Of a stretch of DNA of 64,000 nt, positions 50,049 through 58,805 are shown one piece after another (the stretch's first letter is position 1; each line of letters starts with the position of its first letter). The stretch is from an uncultured Elusimicrobia bacterium. Lineage in GTDB: Bacteria > Elusimicrobiota > Elusimicrobia > 2-01-FULL-59-12. Below the pieces are notes generated by a model, which saw only the letters and a program-made list of their open reading frames with translations, searched no databases and was not told the DNA's origin. Location of the stretch: NCBI GenBank assembly GCA_963702895.1, contig OY969767.1, positions 1,152,001 through 1,216,000 of the forward strand, written 5' to 3'. The translations under genes and the position numbers were made by a program.

Positions 50049-51433
50049 CAGTATGCCCCTTCTTTGGCAAAGATGGCGGGGATGGTTCGCAGCAGGATCT
50101 TAAGATCGAGGCCCAGGGACCAGTTTTCAAGATAAAAAATATCCAGATTGATCATTTCTTCGTAACTCAGGGCCGCGCGGCCGCTCACTTGCCAGAGCCC
50201 GGTTATCCCGGGTTTGATGCGCAGGCGCTTTTTGGCGTGATCGTCGTAGGCGGCGGCTTCCCATAACACTTGGGGCCGAGGTCCTACGAGGCTCATGTCG
50301 CCTTTCAGGACGTTCAATATCTGTGGGAGTTCGTCCAAGCTAAATTTGCGGAGCCATCGACCCACACGGGTGAGGCGGGGATCATTCTTCATTTTAAACA
50401 CGGGGCCTGAGCGGTCGCTTAGGTGTTTAAGTCTTTCAATGTGCAGGTCTGCGTCAGCAACCATGGTCCGGAATTTGTAGAGCTTAAATTTCTTACCGTG
50501 AAAGCCCATGCGATCCTGGGTGTAGAGAGCCCCGCCAGGACTGTCGAGACGAATGAGGATCGCGATGATCGCGAACGGCACAGAAAAAAGGATCAGTATC
50601 ACAAGACTCACGAAGATATCAAAGCTTCGTTTCTGAACGTAGTTGCTGCCATACAAGGACAGAGACTTGATCGTAAAAGTGGGAAGGCCGCAGAACCTGT
50701 CCATGATAATCTCGCCACGGCGCATCTCGAGCAGGTCGGGAACGACTTTACAGGGGACGCCGAACTGCTCGCAGATTTGTGCGGCGCTAAGAATGGCCTG
50801 TGGATTCAGCGGCCCCTGCAAGAGGATGACTTCGGAGATGTGCGCTGAGCGCCGCAAACTCTCGAAGCCTTCGCGTGCTGGAAAATGCTCCATGTAGGTG
50901 CTTTTGACAAAAGGCTGCCGGGAAGCCATCTCTTTGATCGCCCCGATCATTTTTCCTTTTCCAATCACGAGGACGCCTTCGGGACCCGCGAGCTGAAAGT
51001 GCAAAAACCGAAAAATCGCCTTATGGACCTCCCTCAGGATGTAGATGAAGAGAACGCCATAGGCTGCCCATAGGGCAACGACAAGACGAGAGAATTCCTT
51101 CCCACGGTACGACACAAAGCTCATCGCCATAGCCAAGAGCATGCATTGCGTGACGCCTCGTAGGACCAGAATCAGCTCATCGTAAGCGCTCAGCATCGAT
51201 TCTTTGTAAAAGCCGGCGTGGAAGAATACCGCTAAGCAGACAGGCAATAAGAGCATTAACGCTTGATGGTAAACGGATATCTCCGGTATGCCCTTCAGAA
51301 CGGGGAAGAGCGAAACAAAGGGTGACCAATAAAATCGTGTCCAGTAGGCTGCCTGGAATGCCATGACCAGTCCCGCAATGTCCATGCATAGAATGCCGGC
51401 CAAGAAGGAGAGTCGGAAGGTGTATCGCTTCAC
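50048..51433 (-). CDS. Polyprenyl-phosphate phosphoglycosyltransferase (WcaJ-like initiating enzyme)
   Basis: KRSFD, KFRTM, DPRLT, SLDELPQ, SLVGPRP, PGITGLWQV. Confidence 0.93.
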   Translation of the reverse strand: MKRYTFRLSFLAGILCMDIAGLVMAFQAAYWTRFYWSPFVSLFPVLKGIPEISVYHQALMLLLPVCLAVFFHAGFYKESMLSAYDELILVLRGVTQCMLLAMAMSFVSYRGKEFSRLVVALWAAYGVLFIYILREVHKAIFRFLHFQLAGPEGVLVIGKGKMIGAIKEMASRQPFVKSTYMEHFPAREGFESLRRSAHISEVILLQGPLNPQAILSAAQICEQFGVPCKVVPDLLEMRRGEIIMDRFCGLPTFTIKSLSLYGSNYVQKRSFDIFVSLVILILFSVPFAIIAILIRLDSPGGALYTQDRMGFHGKKFKLYKFRTMVADADLHIERLKHLSDRSGPVFKMKNDPRLTRVGRWLRKFSLDELPQILNVLKGDMSLVGPRPQVLWEAAAYDDHAKKRLRIKPGITGLWQVSGRAALSYEEMINLDIFYLENWSLGLDLKILLRTIPAIFAKEGAY

Positions 51434-51457
51434 TGAGACGGATTTTAGGACAATTCC

Positions 51458-52555
51458 CTACTTATATTCAACGAAATACGCTTGAAAAGCAGCCGCGCAA
51501 CGTTGTCGATCGAAAAGGCGTGCTCGGTCACGGATGGTCTGGGAGGAAAAACTCATGGTTTCAAAGCGTTGGATGGCATCCGCGAGAGATTTTACGGTCG
51601 GTTCATTAAAAAAGATCCCGGTTTGGTTTTCGACGACAGTTTCAAGCGCCCCTCCTTTTCGCAGCGCAATGACTGGACACCCCGCCGCCATCGCTTCAAC
51701 GGGCACGATGCCGAAATCTTCCTCTCCAGGGAAGAGAAGCGCGCGCGCCTGAGCGTAGTGCTTTCGCAAGTCATCACTCGAACCCCACCCGAGAAACTCG
51801 ACTTGATCGCCAGCCATTTGCCGCAAAGCTTTTCTTTGCTGACCGTCGCCAATAATGATCAGTCGTCTTCCGAGGTGTTGGAGCGCTTCGATGGCGAGTT
51901 CAACGCGCTTGTAAGGCGCCAGGGCGCTCACCAATAAATAAAAATCATCAGACCGGCGATGGGATGTCCCTTGGCTGAAGAAGTCGACATCGGTAGGTGG
52001 ATAGATCACGACAGACTCGCGGTGGTAAATTCGCTGGATCCGCTCGCTGACATTCTTAGAGTTGGCGATGAATCGATGAACACGCGGCAGGGTGGTCAAG
52101 TCCCACCGCTGGAGTGCTGGCCGTAAGAGCCGCATGGTAACCCGAACAGGCCATGAAGCACGGCCCGGCCCGAAGTAAGAATCGTATTGGTCCCAGATGT
52201 AACGCATGGGCGTATGACAGTAGCACACGTGATGCGCCCCGGGGCGCGGTTTGGCCATCTTGGCGACGCAATGGCTTGTGCTAATCAGAAGATCATAGGG
52301 GGAGAAGTCAAAGCCCTCCATCGCGATGGGCATGAGCGGCAAAAGGTGACGGTAGTATCGCTGCGACTGAGGGAGGTGCTGCAAAAAAGAGGTGTGGATA
52401 GGATGTCGCTCGATCATAGGACTGACGGTGCCGGGGACATGCAACAGTGTAAAAAGATCGGCGGCTGGGAACAGCTCGCAGAGTACCTCGAGCACCTTTT
52501 CCCCACCGCGCATGCCGGTGAGCCAATCATGAATGATCGCAACGCGCTGTGGCAC
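51458..52555 (-). CDS. Glycosyltransferase family 4
   Basis: HDWLTGMRGGEKVL, EDFGIVPVEAMA; GTG 52555 after AAGGAG. Confidence 0.9.
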   Translation of the reverse strand: MPQRVAIIHDWLTGMRGGEKVLEVLCELFPAADLFTLLHVPGTVSPMIERHPIHTSFLQHLPQSQRYYRHLLPLMPIAMEGFDFSPYDLLISTSHCVAKMAKPRPGAHHVCYCHTPMRYIWDQYDSYFGPGRASWPVRVTMRLLRPALQRWDLTTLPRVHRFIANSKNVSERIQRIYHRESVVIYPPTDVDFFSQGTSHRRSDDFYLLVSALAPYKRVELAIEALQHLGRRLIIIGDGQQRKALRQMAGDQVEFLGWGSSDDLRKHYAQARALLFPGEEDFGIVPVEAMAAGCPVIALRKGGALETVVENQTGIFFNEPTVKSLADAIQRFETMSFSSQTIRDRARLFDRQRCAAAFQAYFVEYK

Positions 52556-52592
52556 TTCAGCTCCTTTTGCTAGCCAGAATCCTGCCGTTGGC

Positions 52593-52670
52593 GTCACCCC
52601 GGCGAAAGCCGGCCCTCCACACAACCGGCGGGCCGTCCGCCCTGCCGTGTGGCGGACGGGGTCTATCATG
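52593..52670. repeat. REP-like palindrome with nested insert (insert copy 2)
   Basis: Near-identical to 9969-10046. Confidence 0.8.
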
Positions 52671-52703
52671 TTTCGACGTAAAACTCCAATAGAAGACCTC
52701 CGG

Positions 52704-53468
52704 CTAGCTTTTCTTCTTGAGAATAAAATACCAGTTCTGCGTTATGGCCGGAAAGATCTGGCTCAGCAGGTCGTCTATGGCGTCCAGCGCGCGGCAAAGC
52801 CACCGTTGGTTGGCCACAGCCTTCGGGAGGCGATTCAGGGAATTCCTCGGGATGCTATTGTAGCGGCCGGATTCGATAATCTCGAAAGACGTGCCGTAGA
52901 GGAGTTGCTCGAAGGACTTTCTCGAAAAGAGCTTGCTGTGAGCATGCTTCTGGGTGTTCGCTGAACGCTTGATCGTGCGGACGAGGAATTCAATCCATGA
53001 GTTGCTGTTAGGCAAATGAAAAATGAGAAACAGGCCTCCAGGTTTAAGAAGCCGCTCGATTTCTCGAAGAGACCTTGCCTGATCGCCACCGCGCTCATGG
53101 ACGTGTTCTAAGACTCCCATGCTAAAGACCGCGTCAAAGGACGCGCTGTTGTAGGGCAGGGAGAACGGATCTGATGTCTGTCCTTGGGTATGGCTAAACG
53201 TCGGCTGCCTTGCGAGGAAACGTGGAATGGCTTCGAAAGAATAACCTTGGGTCGTGAAGCCTGATTGCGTCAGGAAATAAGCGAAATGCCCATTTCCACA
53301 TCCCCAATCAAGACAAAGGGACCCCTTCGGGACATAGTGCAAGGTTTTGGTGTAGGGAAGACGATACTGCGCACACGACGCTAGCGAGCCCCATTGCTCT
53401 ACGAAGGAGCTGAGATTGTTCTCCAGAACCTTGTTGTAGAAAGTTGCGGCAAGTTCGGTTTGTTTCAC
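52704..53468 (-). CDS. Class I SAM-dependent methyltransferase
   Basis: LDWGCGNG, FDAV...VLEHV, RLLKPGG. Confidence 0.88.
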   Translation of the reverse strand: MKQTELAATFYNKVLENNLSSFVEQWGSLASCAQYRLPYTKTLHYVPKGSLCLDWGCGNGHFAYFLTQSGFTTQGYSFEAIPRFLARQPTFSHTQGQTSDPFSLPYNSASFDAVFSMGVLEHVHERGGDQARSLREIERLLKPGGLFLIFHLPNSNSWIEFLVRTIKRSANTQKHAHSKLFSRKSFEQLLYGTSFEIIESGRYNSIPRNSLNRLPKAVANQRWLCRALDAIDDLLSQIFPAITQNWYFILKKKS

Positions 53469-54511
53469 GACGTTGCCTTTAAGAGATCCATCGCGGCCTC
53501 AGAGGCTGATTGGACCGAGAGATGGTCCATGCATTTCAGTTGGTACGGGCATGGCGGCGCGTAGCCGTGTTTATAACAGGGGCTGCAGGGCTCTTGTGAG
53601 TACAGCAAACGGTACGGCAACCACAATGGCATTTTACCATGCGGCGAAGTCGGGCCAAAAAAAACGAGAGACGGCGTTCCGGCAGCGCCAGCGATGTGAA
53701 ACAGACCTGAATCATTTCCGATAAAGAGTCGACAGCTTTGAATCACAGCAGCTGTTTCTCGAAGGGTGATTTGTCCCGAGAAATTCTTGATCTGGCTTGG
53801 ATATTTCTCAATCAAAGGCTTCAGGAGTCCCGCTTCCGAGGCGTCACCGACCACCAACAAGGTTGCTTGCTGGTTTAAGATCAACTGTTCACCGAGTTGA
53901 ACGAAACGTTCAGGCAGCCACCGCTTTTGAGGCATGACAAGTTTTGGGTTATGACCCCCTCCGGGGGCAATCGCGATAGGGCATCTATGGAGGCTAATGA
54001 GGTTGCGAGCGAAGGATTTCTCATCGGATGAGAGAAAGAGTCTCGGTGTTCTGCTGGGAACGGAAGAGACGTGATAACGATCGGAAACGGCCGCTAAATA
54101 CTGTGAAATCTCATGGGCTTCTGGATGAGCTTCGACGTAGGAGCTCTGGCGCGTCAGCGCGGAGGCATGACGGTCTCTGGCAAATCCCCAACGATCCGCT
54201 ATGCCGATAGCTTGAAAGAAACGATGGAACAGGGGCGACCAGTGAAGGATATAGACTTTACGGAACCTTTGGCGTCGAAGTCTTAGGGCGAGTTCGATCA
54301 AAGAGAAGACCCTTTTGTGCCAGAAGATGTTCTCATCGATGATCATGAGCTCGTCTACGGCCGGATGGCCTTGAAGGAGCGGCGCGCCGATGCGTCCGAT
54401 GAGGAGCGTGAGGTGATCGCTCGGGTTTTCCTCTCGAATGGCTTCGATCGCGGGGAGCGAGAGTACCACATCTCCGATCGCGCCGAGTTTAACGATGAGA
54501 ATCTTATTCAC
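53465..54511 (-). CDS. Glycosyltransferase family 9 (heptosyltransferase-like)
   Basis: LGAIGDVV, KRW, GNDSGLFHIA, FGPT. Confidence 0.9.
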   Translation of the reverse strand: MNKILIVKLGAIGDVVLSLPAIEAIREENPSDHLTLLIGRIGAPLLQGHPAVDELMIIDENIFWHKRVFSLIELALRLRRQRFRKVYILHWSPLFHRFFQAIGIADRWGFARDRHASALTRQSSYVEAHPEAHEISQYLAAVSDRYHVSSVPSRTPRLFLSSDEKSFARNLISLHRCPIAIAPGGGHNPKLVMPQKRWLPERFVQLGEQLILNQQATLLVVGDASEAGLLKPLIEKYPSQIKNFSGQITLRETAAVIQSCRLFIGNDSGLFHIAGAAGTPSLVFFGPTSPHGKMPLWLPYRLLYSQEPCSPCYKHGYAPPCPYQLKCMDHLSVQSASEAAMDLLKATS

Positions 54512-55718
54512 GGCTTAAATGATGAAGGACAATGAAGTTCGCAACTTCGCTTATGAGAAGGGCGTAACAGGCGCCGCTCACGCCAAATCGGGGAACGAGA
54601 AGGGCGGCGAACGCCAAATTGACCAAGCAGGTGGTCAGCGCGCTGGCGAAGAGCTTGCGTTCGCGGTTTTGAGCGATCAAAAACTGCATCCGGGTGTAAT
54701 TGATCCCGCAAAGGAAGAGGGCCGGCGCCAGGAGCTGCAGAAGCGGGACCGCAGGCCGGTAGGCCTCTTGATAAATATGGACGATCAACCAGTCCGCCCC
54801 GAGGTACAGGCCGGCGGCGAGGAGGCTTGTAGACAAGGCGAGAAAGGTCAGTACACGACGGGCTTTCATGCGATAGGTCGTCGGATCCGTGAGGTGGAGT
54901 TTCGAGAGGGCCGGGAAAAAGACGCCGATGAGAAGCACAGGGTACATGCGCAGGACATCAATCATCTTGATGGCCGAGGCGAAGTAGCCGATGTCCGCTT
55001 GGGGCTGACGAAAGAGATTGAGGATCACGATATCCTGGCTTTCGTAAAGGATCCAAAAGACCGCGGAAGCGAACAGGGGCATCGAAGTCTTCAGCAGGCT
55101 TTTGATGAAGGCCATATCCTTCTTAAAACCAAAAGCGCCGAACCGGCTCTTGAGGATAAGAACAGAGACGCCGTAACCGGTAAGCGACCCCATGGCCATA
55201 GCCGTCGCAATGACGCCGAGCGGCTTGCCCTGAAAGAGCGGGACGAGGCCGAAGATCACGGATAAGGAACGAGAAATGGTCTTTAAGGTCGCTTCCCATC
55301 CCATTTCCTCAATGCCGCTCAGAAGTGAGCTGAAGTAGTCGGTTAAGGCCTGACTGACGGAGAAAAGACCGAGACACAGCGTCAGATAGCGCACCTCTTC
55401 CGTGAGGCCGGCCGCGTAGGTGCCGGCCCAAAGAAGAAGCATCGATCCAAGGGAGGCGGAGACCTTGAGCAGGTGGCTGGACTGATAGATTGAGATGCGT
55501 TCGCTGGGGCGACGCGCGATTTCTCTGGTGAGAATGGCGTTGGTTCCCAAGTCGACCAAGATGACCGTGAGGCTGGCATAAGCCAGGGCTGATGAATAAA
55601 GGCCGAACTCCTGGGCGCCCACGCGCCGTGCCAAGAGGAGCACAAAGCCCGTGGCAAAAAGACGCACACCCGTTTCACCTAAGACTTTTTGTGAAAACCT
55701 ATAAGCGGAGGCCCTCAC
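54504..55718 (-). CDS. Wzx-like polysaccharide flippase
   Basis: Multi-TM; EFGLYS, DLG..LTREIA, LVPRFGVSGA. Confidence 0.85.
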   Translation of the reverse strand: MRASAYRFSQKVLGETGVRLFATGFVLLLARRVGAQEFGLYSSALAYASLTVILVDLGTNAILTREIARRPSERISIYQSSHLLKVSASLGSMLLLWAGTYAAGLTEEVRYLTLCLGLFSVSQALTDYFSSLLSGIEEMGWEATLKTISRSLSVIFGLVPLFQGKPLGVIATAMAMGSLTGYGVSVLILKSRFGAFGFKKDMAFIKSLLKTSMPLFASAVFWILYESQDIVILNLFRQPQADIGYFASAIKMIDVLRMYPVLLIGVFFPALSKLHLTDPTTYRMKARRVLTFLALSTSLLAAGLYLGADWLIVHIYQEAYRPAVPLLQLLAPALFLCGINYTRMQFLIAQNRERKLFASALTTCLVNLAFAALLVPRFGVSGACYALLISEVANFIVLHHLSRE

Positions 55719-55730
55719 CTGATTTTGCAG

Positions 55731-56588
55731 TTATTCGTTATCTCGCAGTAGACGATGGGACTTAAGACGCAAGTATTCACGGAAGAGAGCGGAAAGATAG
55801 ATGGCATTGCCTAGGAGATATCGTTTCCATAAGCGACGAGGTTCACACCAGAGGCGATAGAGCCATTCAAGACCATATTGCTGAAGCAGCCTTGGGGCAC
55901 GCGGGATACGTCCCGAAAGAAAATCAAAGGCTGCACCGACGCCTATCGATACAGGGACATGCAAGGCTTCCAGGTTCTGTGCAATCCAAAGCTCCTGTTT
56001 CGGCGCCGACAATCCCACAAACAAAATATCGGGCTGGCATGCTTCCAGTATGGCCAGGATCTTGAGATTTTCTACCGTCGTCATCTGATCTGCGATGGGT
56101 GGGCTGTAGGTGCCTACAATCTGAAGGCCTGGCGTATAGGCTATGAGCTTCTTGGCTAAGGCCTCCAAGTTGTCTTGGGTGCTGCCTAAAAGAAAGATCT
56201 TGTAGTGTTTGGCGGACGCTCTTACACAAAGCGCGCGCATGAGATCCGGGCCTGCGATCCGACCCGGCAGTCGGACATCGACCCATCGGCTGCCCCACAC
56301 AATCGACATTCCGTCTGCGAGAAGGAGGTCTGCACGATTGAGGACATTCCGGTAGGCGGCGTTGAGCCTGCAGAGTGCGACGGTATAGGCATTGCTGAGG
56401 CAAATCTGGTGAGACTTGCCATCGCGGATGAAGACATCGATGATGTGGAGAGCTTGGTCCATGGACACAGCGTGGAACTGGGCTCCTAAAACCGAATGAC
56501 GCAAAACGCCCTGAAGAGGACTGGCCACAGTTTCTCTTGGGACCTGAAGGACGGAATTGTTTTCAACGACTACGGTGGAAGACGCCAT
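55731..56588 (-). CDS. WecG/TagA/CpsF-family glycosyltransferase
   Basis: ADG, GPDL, GLSAPKQE, GVGAAFD, LEWLYRL..EPRRL. Confidence 0.92.
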   Translation of the reverse strand: MASSTVVVENNSVLQVPRETVASPLQGVLRHSVLGAQFHAVSMDQALHIIDVFIRDGKSHQICLSNAYTVALCRLNAAYRNVLNRADLLLADGMSIVWGSRWVDVRLPGRIAGPDLMRALCVRASAKHYKIFLLGSTQDNLEALAKKLIAYTPGLQIVGTYSPPIADQMTTVENLKILAILEACQPDILFVGLSAPKQELWIAQNLEALHVPVSIGVGAAFDFLSGRIPRAPRLLQQYGLEWLYRLWCEPRRLWKRYLLGNAIYLSALFREYLRLKSHRLLRDNE

Positions 56589-56619
56589 AAGAAATCGCTG
56601 ACATTATAGCCCCGTCGCC

Positions 56620-57783
56620 CTATGAGCGCAATACGGATTCGTAAAGCGCAAGCCGATTAGCGATCGCACGCCCTTTGGAAAATCTTTGAGAGGCATGGTC
56701 CTGGCACCTCGTTCGATACGCGAGTTGTTGGGCTTGGGCGCTAACGCTCTGAATCGCACTCAAGAAGCGATCAGCGTCATGCGGCGGAAAGGTTTCACCG
56801 TTTGTCCCTGCCTGGATGAGCTCTGGGAATGCCCCATGAGAGGGCGCAACGACAGGCACCCCGAGCAGGTTCGCTTCCATCAGAGCCAATGGGAAATTTT
56901 CGTAACATTCCGACGGCAGCACAAGAAGCATGGCATGACGAAGGAGTTCTTGCTTTTCATCACCTTTGACGAAGCCTCGATATTCAATGGCAGCATGGCT
57001 TTGATTCGTTAGCTTATGTTTGAGCGGACCATCGCCGGCAACGATTAATTTCAGCGGACCAGCTGAAGTTTTGAAGCACTCCATTAACCACAAGATCCCT
57101 TTTTCTTCCGAAAGGCGGCCCAGGTAAAGGGCGTAAGGGGAGGGAGGGCAAGGGAGAGGATGATGATCAATCGGTGAGAAATGGCCCTGAACCACAAGAC
57201 GATCTTTGAAAGGCAGAAATTGCTCATATTTGCTTTTTAAGAATTGGCTGGGCGCAATAAACAGATCGACTTCACCGTACCACTCTCTTTGGTGCGCCGC
57301 CCATAAATGGGCAGCCATGCCGATGCTTTGAGCACGACTGCCGCGATAGCAGCCTCTTAGGATTCCTGGTCCATAGTGGCCCGGCCTACATCTCTCACAT
57401 AATTCGCGGCTGGGTGTCATAAACAACCCGTTCAAACAGATCGGGCGGAAATTGTGCAGGGTCTGAATCGTTTTTGAGCCGTGGTCATGGGCGAATTTAA
57501 AAACCCTTGGGGAAAGCAGCGGAAACAGATTGTGCGCATGAACAAGATCTGGCTTGTCGTGCTGGATGAGCTTCTCAAGTTCTGCTTGAGGACCACGCCC
57601 CCAAGGAGATAACAGCGCATCGCGTTTCGTGGAAAAACTGGAATCGTTGTTGACGATAAAGGATTGAACGTGGTACCCCGAGTCGCGAAGAGCCTCCATC
57701 TCATTGGAAATACAAGCGTCTTCACCGCCTGGATGAATGTAGCGGTTGTGAACGATAAGGAGACGTTTCAACGAAGTTCCCAT
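56620..57783 (-). CDS. Glycosyltransferase family 4
   Basis: HNRY...GGED, HAHNLFPLLS, GRLSEEKG, YENFP...EA. Confidence 0.88.
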   Translation of the reverse strand: MGTSLKRLLIVHNRYIHPGGEDACISNEMEALRDSGYHVQSFIVNNDSSFSTKRDALLSPWGRGPQAELEKLIQHDKPDLVHAHNLFPLLSPRVFKFAHDHGSKTIQTLHNFRPICLNGLFMTPSRELCERCRPGHYGPGILRGCYRGSRAQSIGMAAHLWAAHQREWYGEVDLFIAPSQFLKSKYEQFLPFKDRLVVQGHFSPIDHHPLPCPPSPYALYLGRLSEEKGILWLMECFKTSAGPLKLIVAGDGPLKHKLTNQSHAAIEYRGFVKGDEKQELLRHAMLLVLPSECYENFPLALMEANLLGVPVVAPSHGAFPELIQAGTNGETFPPHDADRFLSAIQSVSAQAQQLAYRTRCQDHASQRFSKGRAIANRLALYESVLRS

Positions 57784-58805
57784 AGGTGACGAAGGCAAGC
57801 GGCGCTTTGCGAGACGAACTTAGGGAAAAGACTCAAGGCATAGAGGAATGATTTCATCATAACTTCAGAAAGTGAACGAGCGGATGATTGACGCAAGCAT
57901 GAACGAGCTTGCGATCTGTGGCCTGCTTTGAGGAGCTGCGTGGCCTGTCCGATCAAGAGGTTTTCGGTTTGGCCTGTTTGCGGAGGAATCTTGAAGGCAT
58001 CAATCGCCCTTTGATCCGCCAGACCTTGTCGTCGTAATGAAGCGCAGGCTCTGCTTAAAGACGCGTAGGCCTCTTGTTCGATTAACTTTGTGCGACCAAT
58101 GCCAGCCTGTGTGAGTCGGAGGTGATAGAGCGGTGCGGGCACAACTGCCATCTCCTCCTTTTCGAGCAGCCTGAGGAGAAGGTCATAGTCCTGCGCGTAG
58201 GCAAAGAATGGACGATACCCTCCGACGTTGCGATAGCTGCTCGCGCGGATCATCAGGGATCCATGGACAATCGGGTTACGATGGCGCAGTTGACGTTTGA
58301 GCAAAGGTGTCGATGAGAAGGTCTTTGATAGTCCGAGATCATGGCCTTGATCGTCGTGCATGGCGACCCATGAGCTGACAACGCCAACCGCAGGTCTCGC
58401 CTGAAGGACCTGAGATTGCATGTTCATGCGCTCAAGCGCTGACCAATCGTCAGCATCTTGCCGCATGAAATACTCGCCGCGCGCCTCAGCGGCGAGTTCG
58501 ATGAGCGAAGGGGTCAAGCCGAGCCTGTTCGGATGCCTGTACCAATGAATACGCGGATCACGAGCAGCAAAAGTGGCGAGGATTTCGCGTGTATCGTCCG
58601 TTGAACCATCCTCCATCACTCTTGCTTCCCAGTCCTGAAAGCTTTGAGCGCTCAAAGATCCAAGCGACTGAGCCAGGGTGGTTGAGGCGTTGTGCGCGCT
58701 CATGAGGACGGTGATGAGCGGTCGTTCGGGACTCAAGGGTGTATGCTCTCGGCCTTGGCCTTGTCTGGTGAAGGTGGGATCAGGCACAGGCCAAGACTTC
58801 CCCAA
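57768..58805 (-). CDS. Glycosyltransferase family 2 (start uncertain)
   Basis: DGSTDDT, RQDADD, AQDYDL. Confidence 0.85.
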   Translation of the reverse strand: MGKSWPVPDPTFTRQGQGREHTPLSPERPLITVLMSAHNASTTLAQSLGSLSAQSFQDWEARVMEDGSTDDTREILATFAARDPRIHWYRHPNRLGLTPSLIELAAEARGEYFMRQDADDWSALERMNMQSQVLQARPAVGVVSSWVAMHDDQGHDLGLSKTFSSTPLLKRQLRHRNPIVHGSLMIRASSYRNVGGYRPFFAYAQDYDLLLRLLEKEEMAVVPAPLYHLRLTQAGIGRTKLIEQEAYASLSRACASLRRQGLADQRAIDAFKIPPQTGQTENLLIGQATQLLKAGHRSQARSCLRQSSARSLSEVMMKSFLYALSLFPKFVSQSAACLRHLWELR